Below, one piece after another: positions 14,997 to 28,752 of a DNA stretch of 64,000 bases. Made by a program: the position numbers and the translations under genes. Source of the stretch: Octopus sinensis (Eukaryota); assembly GCF_006345805.1 (NCBI RefSeq), contig NC_043007.1, forward strand, positions 39,866,001 through 39,930,000, read 5' to 3'. Under the pieces are notes generated by a model. The model saw only the letters and a list, made by a program, of their open reading frames with translations, did not search any database and was not told the DNA's origin. The stretch's first letter is position 1. Each line of letters opens with the position of its first letter.

Positions 14997-15247
14997 TAGA
15001 TAGATATATATATACATATATATTATAACCACTACCACCATCATCACCACCACCACAAGCACCACCACCACCACCACCACAATCACCACCACCTCCACCA
15101 CCACCACCACCATAAGCACCACCTCCACCACCACCACCATAAGTACCTCCACTACCAAGACCATAACGATTACGACCACTACCATAACTACCGCCATCAC
15201 TACTTCCACTGCACCTATACTACCATCCTTTTTTACGCTAGGCACAT

Positions 15248-15430
15248 TGCCCGAAATTTTGGGGGAGTGAGCCAGTCGATTAGATCAACCCCAGTACGGA
15301 CTGGTACTTAATTTATCGATCCCGAAAGGATGAACGGCAAAGTCAGTCTTGGCAGAATTTGAACTCAGAACGTAAAGACAGACTAAATAAGCATTTCGCC
15401 CGGCGTGCTAGCGTTTCTGCCAGTTCGCTA
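15248..15430 (-). mobile_element. SINE family B
   Basis: Reverse complement of the family B consensus. Confidence 0.8.
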
Positions 15431-15900
15431 CCTTTCCAACATCCTACATCTCCACCATCACCATCATTGCCACCACTACCACCATTACCAGCAAAAAAAA
15501 CACCACCTATCTCCACCACCACCACCACTACCATACCACTATTATCATCATCACCACTACCACCAGCAGCAGCAGCAGTATCAGCATCACCAACACCAAC
15601 ACCACCATCATCACCACCATCACCACCACCACCTCTATCATCACCACCACCGTCACTGTCTCCACCACTACCATCACCAGCAGCAGCTATAGCGCCCCCC
15701 ACCACCACCATAACACTTATGCTACAGCCACCCCTACGTCCACAACAGCTCTGCACCGCCAACACCACAAAGACCTAGCTACTACCACCCCTAAGACTTA
15801 GATCCCTATTAGAACTATCTATAATAACTGCAATGCTATGACCGCCACCACCAACACCACCACCAACACCGCCAACAATAGCAACAACAACAGCATCACA
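15430..15900. repeat. Degenerate (ACC)n low-complexity tract (similar tract at 15030-15230)
   Basis: Directly visible. Confidence 0.85.
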
Positions 15901-16035
15901 TCACTGACACAAATCATCTCCATTTTATCAATGTACCTCATTAATTATTCACGTCTCACTAGTACAGCAGCATGTCTATTGCCGCCGTACTAATGTATTT
16001 AACACTTGTAGAGTGACAGATTGTTGGTATGAGGG

Positions 16036-16073
<38 letters not shown>

Positions 16074-16480
16074 ACACGCACACACACCACACAGTCACTC
16101 AATCACTCACACATACAGACACACACATACATGCACATATTTATATACGTATTTATATTCATACATACATATATGTATGTGTATGTATATCTATATGTAT
16201 GTGTGTATGTGTATATATGCACATATACATACGTATATGTGCATACTTACAGCTATATGTATATATATGCTTTTGTGGGCACAGGACGTCACGAAACGTG
16301 TACAAGAAAATACGAAGTACGAGTACATGGAATATGATATTTTTTTTCGAACAACGGAAGACATAAATGGAAAACAAGACAAACAATGTAAAGAACGACC
16401 CTTCAGCAGTTGTTGGCTGTTTTTCTACTCTCGTATTTCGAGCATATGCATTTATTTGCATATATGTGTGTATATATGAA

Positions 16481-16558
<78 letters not shown>

Positions 16559-16627
16559 ATATATATATACAGATACAGATACATACATACATACAACATA
16601 CATACATACATACATACAAACATATAT

Positions 16628-17008
16628 CATATTTGTTTCAGTCATTAGAGTGCGGCCATGCTGGAGAACCATCTTGAAAAATTTTAGTCCAATAAATAAA
16701 TCGACCCCAGTACTTTTTTAAGCATGGTGCTTATTTTTATCGGTATCTTTTGGTGAACTACCAAGTTACTAGGATGTAAGCACATCAGCAGCAGTTTTCA
16801 AGCGGTGGTGAGTTTATTTAATGAGTAGTTGGGTCTGCTTGGTGTTTAATATTTTATACGACGGGCTTCTTTCAGTTTCCGTTTACCAAATCCATTCACA
16901 AGGCTTCGGTCGGATTAGACTTTTGCCCAATGTGACTCGCAGCGGGATTGTACTCGGAACCCTGCAGTTAGGAAGCAAGCTTCTTACCATCAGCTACATC
17001 TACGCCTA
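16628..17008 (-). mobile_element. SINE family C
   Basis: Reverse complement of 22767-23160. Confidence 0.75.
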
Positions 17009-17033
17009 TCACGGCTATCTATCAATAGATAGT

Positions 17034-17127
<94 letters not shown>

Positions 17128-17582
17128 TACAAATTATTAATGTGGCTTATTCGTACACACGCGCGCACACAGACACACACAAACTTACAAATGTGTGTGT
17201 GTGTGTGTATGATCCGATGCGCTCAGTGTACGACAATGAAACTGTTTGCGTTTCGGCTCAAGTGATAGTCGGATTAAACTCAAGCCATCGATTGCAGGAA
17301 TAACAAGTAAAAAGAACATGAGTTTTGACTTGGCTATCCCATATTTCAACTGTTACATATGTTTCTGTATTCAGGGACATGTAACATTACAGTATATATG
17401 AAGTCCTATATGGCTTCACCCTATATAACCAGCTTAGGGAGCACACAGATCGTGAGGCAGTTTTTTTTTTTATCCATTCCATAGCAATGCAAGTGTATTT
17501 GAATGAGCTCATGTGGTAACCTCTAAGTGATTTTCGACTTGTGTGAAATAATAAACAAATACTCTCAAATCACGACACAGAC

Positions 17583-17888
17583 CATGGGATTGCACCTAGA
17601 AAGTTACCCTCCTAGACACAAGTCCGGGCGAGGTTGTTTATGGAAGACCAGCAGTCGCCCATGCATACCAGCCTCCCCTCTCCACGCCACCAGTGTTATC
17701 CAAGGGAAAGACAAAGGTCGATACAGCTTGGCACCAGTGACGTCGCAACTCAATTCTACAGCTGAGTGAACTGGAGCAACGTGAAATAAAGTGCCTTGCT
17801 CAAGAACACAACACGCAGCCCGGTCTGTGATTCGAGCTCACAACCTCACGATCGTAAGCTCGACGCTCTAACCACTGAGCCATGCGCC
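17583..17888 (-). mobile_element. tRNA-headed SINE with an alternative 3' module (same subfamily as 63092-63372)
   Basis: Shares atgggattgcacctagaaagttaccctcc...gatacagcttggcacc with 63092-63372, and the core gtgttcttgagcaaggcactttatttcacgttgctccagttcactcagctg. Confidence 0.85.
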
Positions 17889-20800
17889 TTCTCAGATCAT
17901 ACTTTGCCGTATTTCAAAAGAGAAGCACAGCCTTTGATAAAATTTTAACTATTAACAGACTGATAACTGCTTAGATATATATCATCATTGGTTTGTTTGA
18001 TTACGTTTCACCTGGTGCCAAACAACATTAATAAGAACGTGTCTACGGTCTTTGTTCAAGTAAGTAATGAGAAACCAGCAGAAGTTACATTGGGTCTCAT
18101 ATCCTGTCATCAGTTACTGTATGTTTTGTGATACATACATTCTAACGACTAAGTCCACCTAGCCGTAAGTAGATATCACAAGGTCGGTGTGACTCGTTGA
18201 GGCAAAGCTGTGGTAGCGCCATATCTTTGGCATCGCTTGTCTCATGCTGGCTTATTTGACAAAGATGTTTTAATGTTTCTCTCACTCATTCCACCCACTC
18301 TTTCTCTTTCTTTGTGTTTATGCGAGTGAGTGTATTTTCTTTATATGTATCAGAGGGAAAGTGCTTATATCAAGCGTGTTCATTTAATAAATTGTAATAT
18401 CTCCGCTTCTCTGCCTCCCTCTCTCCTTTACTTTATCCCTCTTTAATTCTCTCTAACTGTGCGTATATTTCTTTGTGTGTTTGCCTCCAGCACTAATGAG
18501 TTCTTGTACTAAAACAGGTTGCATGTCCACTCAGCCGTGTCAAACAGATTGTCAGTGTCCAAATAGCGGGCGTCCATTTATCTCATTCCGCCAAAATCAT
18601 CTCATCCCTCTGGGAAACGTACCTTTAATGGAGTAAAACCATATATGAAAGCTTTTACTTTCGTATTCTTTAAACAAGTTCCTATTGTCACATCCCATTA
18701 GCAAAATGAAGATTTCGGAGAAAAAGGAAATGTATGAAATACAGTAAAAAGAATTTACATATGTTGGTACAATCTTCCGTACAATCGAAGTGTGACTACA
18801 AATAGAGCATAGATCTTCCTGCCCCTGATAATTAAAATCTTGCCCTTACCGTTCTCTAGATAATATAGTCTTGCAAATGTCCCAACATAAGTAACATTTT
18901 GAATGTAATCCAATATCTCAATAATCAGAATCTAATTGTAGAAATGCACTAAACTACAACATCTGTGGCTATCGTGTATACAAAGAGGTTTATGTATGAA
19001 GCTACAGTAAAACTGTAACTTTATAAAACTGTAGACGATATTCAAACGGCATGCATAGGGCTAATAATGGCAACATTTAAAATCCCAGTAAACAAACACA
19101 GACACACGAACGAGCATGTACACACGTACATATGCACGCAAATACACACGCGCATACACACAGACAGACATACACCCCATATACTCACGCACACAGAAAT
19201 CCACTCACTCTATATAACGCGTACAAACAATTCTTCGAAACATAATCAACAACTTCAGTACATCTAGAAACGGTAAAAGAAAGGGATCAACAGCCTGCCA
19301 ATGAAATAGGGTGTTTTTCAATTTTCAAGTTTATACTTACTGAGATAATCAGTGCGACTTGTGCATCGTAGAAAAATACCACATTATAATATAAGCAGAT
19401 TGCATATCAATGAGAGGGATGAGCACTTTCTACATACGAACACAGACGGTAATTTCTTCTCTTAAAGTTTCAATATATAATTTGTGTAACTTTATCTCAA
19501 GTTATCTCATTTGAATCAATAATATTTTAAACACATCTACGCGGCTAGTGAAAATCCGCAATAGAAGGTTCATGAGTTGCTCAACTTTGCAGATATTGTA
19601 AATATTGTTAACTTCTAGCTACTCACAAATATATTTGTTCTACGTGATTTGAATACACTTTCTTTCTTTCCTAAAACAAATGTGCATAAACGTATACATT
19701 TATGTGTGTTCCTGTATGTATGCATGTAGTATATATATACACACATGCATACAGAGAGAGGGAGAGAGATTAGAAAGAAAAAAGAAAGGAAGATAGATGT
19801 GTGTGTATTTGTACGTGTGCGTATTTATATATATATATATATAATGTATATGTATATATATGTGTGTGTGTGTGTATGCACATGTATTAATCTGTGTGAA
19901 TATAAATGTACATACACACGTATATGTGCATATGTTTATATGTGTATGAGTAAATGTGTGTGTGTGTGTGCATGTATATGCACATTTGTATAGATATTCA
20001 CAGAAATCAATACATATGTATGTGTTTATATACATATGTATGTATTTATACAGACACGTATATATATGCGTGTGTGCATAAATACCTATACATACACATA
20101 TGCATTTATATATATATAATCATATACATACGTATCTATCTATATATATGTATATATATATATATATATACATAAATACCCATACATATTCATATATATG
20201 CATACATATACACATACGCATACATATACATATATACATACATACCTAGACATAAACATATGCATATATACATGTATATGCATATTTCTAAATATACGTT
20301 CAGTTAGCCACAAACTTTGTTCTGGTATCTGTTACCAACTCATGTCATCGTTAGCTAGTTAAACTGGTTTGACTACTGACACTATAAGTATGTAGTAAGC
20401 ATACAAAGTAAACCGATGAACTACACGATCGATTTCAATGCTCAGCTACATTCGGTTTTCCATATTCTCTCTCTCTTTGTTTTTTTTTTGGTTTTTTTTT
20501 TTTGGTTTTACTTGATTTACTCTACATTTATTTGTAATCCTTGCTATTATTAGCTGAAAAACATATTATTATTATTATTATTATTATTATTGCTATTATT
20601 ATTATTATTGTTTGCTTTATGTTTTTTGTATTGTTTTGGGTTGTTTTTTTTCTTTCCTGCAAGAGCCTATCACGAAATCTATCTCCACTAAACAATCAGA
20701 AGTTGAAGGAAAATAAGAAAGAAAAACAAAAGCGTTGAATGGTGTCTGTATTACCAATTTCATTCTTCTGTTTTATTCTAGCAATTGTGTTTGTTTTCAT

Positions 20801-20999
20801 TTTTGCTTTTTATTTGTGTGTATGTGTGAGAGAGTGAGAGAGAGGGTGTGTGCGTTTTTTTTTTATCTGAGGAGTTTTTTTAGGGGTTTATGGGATGGGG
20901 CGTTTGTTTGCTCACTGGAACCAAACCATGAAGTAGTGTGCCAAGAGCAAATAACACTCTAATGTTGGAACTAATTTTGTTAGTTTGATTGATGCAAAA

Positions 21000-21633
21000 A
21001 CAAAAAGAAAACGAGACTGACAGAGAGAGAGAGGGGGTGGAGAGTGAGTGAAAGAGTGAGAAAGAGTGAGAGAAAAAGGGTGAGAGACTGAGAAAGAAAG
21101 AACGAAAGATAGCGGTAAGAAAGTGAGAGTGAAGAAAAAGAAAGAGTTTGTGACAGTGAGAAAGAAAGTATGATAGACAAAAAGTTAGTGAGAATGAGAG
21201 TGAGAGTGAGAGTGAAGGGAGGGCGAAAAGTGAGATAGAGTGTGGAAAGAAGGTTAGAGAGAGAGAGAGAAAGAGTGTGTGTGTGTGTGTGAGAAGAGAA
21301 AAGATAGATAAAGAAAGAAGGAAAGGAAGTGAGAGAAAGAGAAAGAAAGGAAGAAAAATGGATTGAACGAAGGAAAGCAGGAAAAACAGAAAAGAAAGAA
21401 AGAATGAAAGAAAGCAAGTAAGGAAAAAAGAAAAAAATGAAGAACGAAAGAAAGGAAGGAAGGAAGGAATAAGAAAGAAAGAAACAAAGGAAAGAAAAAA
21501 CAGAAAGAAGGAGGGAAGGAAGGAAGATAAAAAGAAAGAAAACATAGGAGAAAGAATGTGAAGGTGTAGAAGAGAGATGCTGGAGAAAGAGTTAAGAGGA
21601 GGTTGAAATAAGAAACGGGGAGCCAAAGCGTGT

Positions 21634-21665
<32 letters not shown>
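21000..21665. repeat. Purine-rich (GA/GAAA) low-complexity tract
   Basis: Almost exclusively A/G on the plus strand. Confidence 0.9.
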
Positions 21666-21669
<4 letters not shown>

Positions 21670-21764
21670 ATGGGTGGATATGTGTGTGTTTATGTGTGTA
21701 TGTGTGTGTGTAAGTATGAGCGTGCGTGCTCCGGTAAATCGGAGACTGGATGCAGTTTTCTGGC

Positions 21765-21767
<3 letters not shown>

Positions 21768-21819
<52 letters not shown>

Positions 21820-21843
21820 AAGAAGAAGAAGAAGAAGAAGAAG

Positions 21844-21874
<31 letters not shown>

Positions 21875-21978
21875 TGATGTGGATGATGATGATGATAATG
21901 ATGATGATCATGATCATGATGATGATCATGATGATGATAATGATGTTCATGATGTTCATGACGACGACGATGACGATA
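21768..21978. repeat. Compound (AGT)n-(AGA)n-(GAT)n trinucleotide repeat
   Basis: Directly visible. Confidence 0.95.
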
Positions 21979-22109
21979 TTTGCCATAATACAATCTATCT
22001 ACGAGACCCGACATTTCCCCAGATTTTACATTACTGAAAATAAATACAATCAAATGAGTTTACTACGCTTAGAAATAATCACCGTAGGAAACATGAAATA
22101 ACACAATAA

Positions 22110-22183
<74 letters not shown>

Positions 22184-22623
22184 GTTCAAATTCCGCCGAG
22201 TCGACTTTGCCTTTCATCCCTTTGGAGGGTCGATAAAATAAGTACCAGTTGGCCCTGCAGATACATTATATTATGACATATATCATTATCATCATCGTTA
22301 TTGTCGTCGTCATCATCATCATCATAAGTGCTAGTTGAGCAATGAGGTCGATTTAACTAACTTACCCCGTTCCCCAGACTTGCTGGCCTTGTGGCAAAAT
22401 TTGAAACCATTTTTACAGATTCTCCATATTGATCTCATGAAAAATTAGTATAAAACTTTCAAAATGTTGCGGATTGTGTTAGGAAACTGTAGAAAGGCGA
22501 AATCGTGTTCGTAAGTTAAAATATGTAAACCTATGAATTTTCTTTGTTTTTTAAAAAAGAAACTTTTTCTCATTGAAAAGGGTGTGGAATTTTTAATGGG
22601 AACTACTGCATGTCCCCACTCAC

Positions 22624-22738
22624 TCGTCTAATATTATCTATTGGCCGACAAGTGTTAATAGCTATAACCTTAGATATCCACGTGATTTCAATAAGCCAAG
22701 AAGCGTTCTCAAACTTTCTGGTGATTTTTTCCCTGTTC
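22624..22738 (-). CDS. Candidate exon (NREKITRKFENASWLIEITWISKVIAINTCRPIDNIRR)
   Basis: gatag acceptor, consensus GTGAGT donor, 38 open codons (phase 2 to 0); no homology recognised. Confidence 0.3.
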
Positions 22739-22766
22739 CTATCAGTAACATCAGTAGAAGTTCTAC

Positions 22767-23160
22767 AGGCGCAGGAGTGGCTGTATGGTAAGTAGCTTGC
22801 TTACCAACCACATGGTTCTGGGTTCAGTCTCACTGCATGGCACCTTGGCCAATTGTCTTCTACTGTAGCCTCGGGCCGATCAAAGCCTTATGAGTGGATT
22901 TGGCAGACGGAAACTGAAAGAAGCTCGTCGTATATATGTATATGTATGTGTATATGTGTGTGTGTTTGTGTGTCTGTGTTTGTACCGCTAACATCGCTTG
23001 ACAACCGATGGTGGTGTGTTTACGTCCCTGTCACTTAGCAGTTCTGCAACAGAGTCCGATAGAATAAGTACTAGGCTTACAAAGTACTGGGGTCGATTTG
23101 CTCGACTAAAATGCGGTACTCCAGCAAGGCCGCAGTCAAATGACTGAAACAAGTAAAAGA
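22767..23160 (+). mobile_element. Full-length SINE family C
   Basis: tRNA-like head (gtggctgtatggtaag...gggttcagtctcac), internal (TA/TG)n, 3' tail ccagcaaggccgcagtcaaatgactgaaacaagtaaaaga. Confidence 0.85.
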
Positions 23161-23284
23161 GGATACTCCATTCCAATCTCCTTTACCCGTTTGTCTATTT
23201 AATGACTCACAGTTCGTAATTCAGAATTCACGTTTCAAATCTTTGCAATCTTAAGTATTTATCAGCTGTAGAATATCAACTTTT

Positions 23285-23625
23285 CATATGCTTCTTCTCA
23301 ATCCTTGTATCAAAACAAATATGACGGTCAATAAATATGCAAATTCAATTTCCCTTGTCTATTACTGTAATACCTGGCATGTTATGTTCCATCTTTTTAT
23401 CCATTTGAATGAGAAAATACCACAAAACCTTACATGTTTCTATCTCAAGTACTTGTTTTGCTCAGTCATCGTACCATGTACTACCTCCTTCAAACCCCTA
23501 ATTTTGGTGGAGTTTCCAGTGTAAAACTCTCACAACCTGATCATTGCCCATTTCTTATAGTTTCTCTCGGCCAACCAGGTGGCAGTCTGCTACAATGTGT
23601 CATTGTTTCCACTGACCAAATTCAC
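23285..23625 (-). pseudogene. Degenerate R4/Dong-type LINE fragment (RLE region)
   Basis: Minus-strand translations: ETMTHIVADC, DQVVRVLHWKL, WYD, KQVLEIETCKVLW, IQMDKKMEHNMPGITVIDK; these parallel the C-terminus of the 23829-27776 element. Confidence 0.75.
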
Positions 23626-23756
23626 TGATCATACATTAAACTCAAGTTTAATCTTGAGTTCCTATAGCAGAACGCGCAATTGCTTTCTCATTTATCGTTT
23701 TTTAAATGAAGCATAGGATTTTCTTCCATGTACGTCAATGATGCCGCTTCTGTTGC

Positions 23757-23828
<72 letters not shown>

Positions 23829-23830
<2 letters not shown>

Positions 23831-26800
23831 CCGGGGACGTTTAAGATGTAAGAAGGAAAATACAGAGCTCCGAAATCTATCCACAAACATCGAAAACAAG
23901 GACACCCTATGGAGCCAAAGATTTACTAACAAAGAATTGGACTATATCCGAGTAAGTAATACGAATTGAAATTTATTAATTTTCGAAACGAAATGATGTA
24001 TTTTGACTCGATATTATCTCCACCTCTAACACAACACATGTAAACATGCGTGGAACAACACGATCATCCCCGACCTCAAACACCATGTACAAAGGAACTA
24101 CGAAGAGAATTAAATGCCACCGATACTATTCAACCCAAGAATAACACATCGAGCGGTACGTACATTAAACTACAACAAAAAATGTACGAAAAACTACACG
24201 TGCGAAATAATGTGACAACAGAAATAAACGGACCGGTACCCTACGAAAATGACGACCGTCAAAATAATGGGCCGGACGTTGTACCTCATGTCCCGCAATT
24301 AAAACCCAAAAGACGTAAATGGACACGTGAGGAATACATTTCTATCTTACACGCATACTTCACAGCAATGCTCTACCCACAAAATGAAAATACAACAACA
24401 CATACATATAAAATATGGAAGGAAAATAATAGAGATATAGACTTGGATACAGCAATGAACCCTAATAAATTAGCTAACGTACGAAGATACATTCTCAAAG
24501 CCAAAAAAATATCAGAAATAGAAATAGAACATTTAAAAGAAAAAAATACACCAGGAAAATGTAGATAGAAGCCACACAACAATGCCAATAATATAAACAC
24601 TGAAACTGTAAAACACGAAGACAAACGCAACATTCCCAACAAACACGATGTAAACAACGAAGGGGAGCCTAATGATTATGATAATATAAAAAATAAAATA
24701 ATCAAAGAACTAAAAACCACAGAGCTCAAAATGGACCACCGACCATACCTCCCAAGAATCAAAATAAACGCAATAACAACACCAATTATAAACAACATAA
24801 ACCTAGCCGTCACTGAACTAGCCACTGAAACAAAAAAAAGTGATATCACTGAACTAAATGACTTGATATACGCAGCAGCCACTGCAGCCACAAAAGAAGC
24901 TGGATACTCACCCAAACCCGCCCAAACAGGAGTACCACCACCCAAACAAACCCTGTGGATAAATAACATCCAAAACAAAATAAAAAAAATTAGAAAAGAC
25001 CTGTCGATTCTTAATGAAATCAGCAAACTGAACAACAAAAAGAGAACAAAAATGCTCCGCAAATATAACATCACAGAAAAAGATTTGCCGGAGATAAAAG
25101 AAAAGCTGAAGCAAGATATCCTTGCCAAAGCTCAAAGGATCCGCCGGTACGAGAAACGCCAACGCTTCTTTGAACAGAACAAAAAGTTCAACTCCGACCC
25201 CAAAAAGTTCTACCAAGAACTGGGCAAAAATAAAATAGAAGTTACTGCAGCACCAACGGCAGAAGAATTGGAAGAATTCTGGAAAGAAATATGGTCGGCG
25301 AACGAACAGCCAAAAAAAAGGAGTATGAAAATAACAAACTCGGCATCTGAACAACTTTGGACCCCCATAACAACTGAAGAGGTCACCCAGGCACTGCAAA
25401 AACTAAGCAACTGGAAGGCACCTGGGCATGACAAGATCCCCACTTCTGGTTGAAATATCTAACAGGAATGCACAAAAAGCTGGCTGAAAACTTTAACAGC
25501 ATACTAGCAGAGCCAGAGACAATGCCTGAATGGCTCACGAAGGGGAAAACCATCTTAATTCCCAAATCAAATGAAACAACAAAACCAGAAAACTACAGAC
25601 CAATAACCTGCCTCCCTACTATGTTCAAGGCATTTACTGCAGTGATATCGCAAAGGCTGAACAAGCACCTGGACGAAAACAAACTGTTCCCAGAAGAGCA
25701 GAAAGGATGCCGCAAGGGCTCATATGGCTGTAAAGATCAACTAATGATTAATAAAGCCGTAACTGAAGACAGCCACAGAAAGAAGAAAGGCCTCAGTATG
25801 GCCTGGATTGACTACAAAAAGGCGTTTGATAGCATCCCCCACACATGGATCCTCGAAACACTAGCCATTAACAAAGTAGCACCAACAATCATAAAATTCA
25901 TAGAGCACTCTATGAATAAATGGCAAACAGTCCTACACCTCCAAACAAAGGGGGAGTCATGAAAACCAAAGACATCCCCATTAGAAGAGGAATATTTCAG
26001 GGAGACACGCTCTCTCCACTCCTTTTCTGCTTGTCACTGTCACCTCTATCTGATATGCTAAATAGAACTGGATGCGGATATAAATGTTACGGCAAAACGA
26101 TCAGCCACCTTTTATATATGGATGACCTAAAACTATACGCTGCAAATGACAAACAGCTGGAAACACTATTAAAGACAGTTCATGGATTTACCAAAGAAAT
26201 AGATATGAAATTTGGATTAGAAAAATGCGCCAAAGTAACCATGAAAAGAGGAAAACTAGTTAAGAGTAACAACATCACACTAGATAAAACCAATGAAATA
26301 AAAGAATTAGACCAAAGCCAAACTTACAAATACTTAGGAATCCATGAACTAGATAAGACACAACACACACAAATGAAAGAGAAAATAAAAAAAGAATATT
26401 ATAGACGAGTTAGATCAATACTAAAAACAGAGCTCAATGCTAAAAACAAGATAATAGGTATCAACACTTTAGCTGTCCCAGTTATAAGTTACAGCTACAA
26501 TATCCTTAACTGGACACGAAATGAACTGTCCAAAATAGATAGGAAAACAAGAAAAATACTGACAGGATCTAGGATGCATCACCCAAAATCTGACATAGAA
26601 AGACTATATATACAACGTATAGAAGGTGGTAGAGGCCTTATACAGCTGGAAAACTACTATAAAATAACCACCATAGGACTGCAAAAATACCTACTTCAGA
26701 AGGAAGGAAAACTGATCCAGATAGCAGCAAAACACGAGCAAAACAAAAAACTGTTCTCAGTATTTAAGGAAGCTGACAAATACGAACAAGAAATCATACC

Positions 26801-27776
26801 ACCTAATAAACACAAAGAAGAAGAAGAAGATGAGGAAGAAACAACAAAAGCTATAAAACAAATGAAATCCAAACTAAAAATAGAACAGCAACGAGCCATG
26901 ATAAAACGATGGCAAGAAAAGCCCCTTCATGGTAAATACTGCACTAAACTAAACGCAAAAGAAATAGACAAAGAAAAATCCCAGCAATGGTTGAGAAGCT
27001 CAGGACTCAAAGCAGAAACAGAGGGATTTTTAATTGCAGCACAAGACCAAAGCCTCCCCACCAGAAATTACCAAAAACATGTAATGAAAAGAAATATTAC
27101 AAGTAACTGCAGAATATGTGGAGATGGACAAGAAACAATAAATCATATTATCTCTAGCTGCCCAGTCCTGGCTAAGAAGGAATATATTCACAGACATGAC
27201 AGAGTTGGAACCTACATACATTGGAAGCTATGCCAACATTATGGAATAACAACAGAAAAAAGATGGTACAGGCACACACCAGAAAAGGTCACAGAAAACG
27301 AGAAAGCAACCATACTCTGGGATATGCCGATACACACAAATAGAGAAATTAAGGCCAACAGACCAGATATAGTTGTCAGAGATCATGAAGAAAAAAAATG
27401 CTTTCTAATTGATGTATCAATACCGGCAGATGACAACGTGTCTCTAAAAGAAATGGAGAGAAACTCTCAAAATACAAAGACCTGGAAATAGAGGTAACTA
27501 GAATTTGGAACCTGAAAACAGAAACAATTCCTATCATAGTAGGTGCATTAGGCATGATAAAAAAATATTCAGACAAATACATAACAAAAACACCAGGACT
27601 TACAAACACATATAACATACAGAAAATTGCACTACTAGGCACTGCACACATCCTACGCAGAACACTTTCCATACAATAACCATCAGAGCATCACAACAAA
27701 TCACAGCACATACCCAAGGCACACAGAGCTGCGCTCGGTAGTGAAGTGAAAGCACGCTATAAAAATAAAACTACTG
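23829..27776 (+). mobile_element. Near full-length R4/Dong-clade non-LTR retrotransposon inserted in (AAT)n
   Basis: Flanked by (AAT)n on both sides (23757-23828 and 27777-27794); single long ORF with RT and restriction-like endonuclease domains. Confidence 0.93.
24050..27679 (+). pseudogene. R4/Dong polyprotein: Myb-like N-terminus, RT, CCHC knuckle, RLE; one in-frame stop and three frameshifts
   Basis: KRRKWTREE; MAWIDYKKAFDSIPH; IFQGDTLSPLLF; YMDDLKLY; CRICGDGQETINHIISSC; RHD; RPDIVV..LIDVSIPAD. TAG at 24566; frameshifts near 25443, 25948 and 27460; corrected C-terminus ..GTAHILRRTLSIQ* ends at 27679. Confidence 0.92.
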
Positions 27777-27793
27777 AATAATAATAATAATAA

Positions 27794-27934
27794 TAGGCAC
27801 TGCACACATCCTACGCAGAACACTTTCAATACATTAACCATCAGAGCATGACAACAAATCACAGCACAAACCCAAGGCACACAGAGCTGCGCTCGGTTGT
27901 GAAGTGAAAGCACGCTTTGAAAATAAAACTACTG
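27794..27934 (+). mobile_element. Short 5'-truncated copy of the same LINE 3' end, inserted in its (AAT)n tail
   Basis: About 7 mismatches in ~141 bp versus 27637-27776; has its own (AAT/GAT)n tail. Confidence 0.9.
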
Positions 27935-27955
27935 AATAATGATAATAATGATAAT

Positions 27956-28649
27956 GTGTAGGATGAAAGATTACAAAGATAAAGCACTATACAAGAAATT
28001 GAAAATGAATGAAACTGAAAATAGGTGGATAAAGAAAAGAATGCATGGGCAATTTCAGACAGAGAAAAAAGATGGCTGTGGATGACTAAAAGTGATTTAA
28101 AACTGGAAACGGAGGCTCTAATCTGTGCTGCCCAAGAGCAAGCATTAAGAACAAACTACATAAAATACAGAATAGACAACACAGCAGAAAGTGATAAGTG
28201 CAGAATCTGTGGACAAAACGCGGTGAAACTGTGTGACATATAACTAGCCAATGTACGCCACTAGTCCAGAAGGAATATAAGAGACGCCACGACAATATAG
28301 CCAGGCTTGTCCACTGGACACTCTGCCACAAGTATGAACTTGACAGAGTAAAAGATTGGTACGACCACAAACCTGAAGGCATCGTCGAAAATACAAATGC
28401 AAAGATCCTATGGGATTTTATGATTCAATGCGACCATGAGATTAGAGAATAGGAGAAAGAAAGAAAACAAACTATGCTGGATCATAGATATAGCATCCCC
28501 AGCTGACAACAAGGTATGCGATAAGGAAGAAAGAAAAGTCAAGAGATATGACAGGTTAATTTGGGAAGTTATGCAGTTGTGGTCGATGAAAAAGATAGCA
28601 GAAGTACCAATAATTCTCGGAGCCCTGGGAACAGTGAGCAAAATTCTCG

Positions 28650-28650
<1 letters not shown>
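27956..28650 (+). pseudogene. R4/Dong LINE fragment, second family
   Basis: WLWMTKSDLKLETEALICAAQEQALRTNY..CRICGQ; CWIIDIASPADNKV..IILGALGTVSK; cut off by (TTA)n at 28651. Confidence 0.9.
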
Positions 28651-28708
<58 letters not shown>

Positions 28709-28752
28709 CATCATCATTATTATTATTATTATTATAAACTATTATTATTATT

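Noticed and set aside
15343-15778. Pro/His/Gly-rich ORFs (also 42938-43918)
   Set aside because: Products of degenerate (ACC)n tracts that begin in SINE sequence
23829-24050. HDV-like ribozyme at the LINE 5' end
   Set aside because: Expected by analogy to R2/R4 elements, but I could not build the nested double pseudoknot by eye
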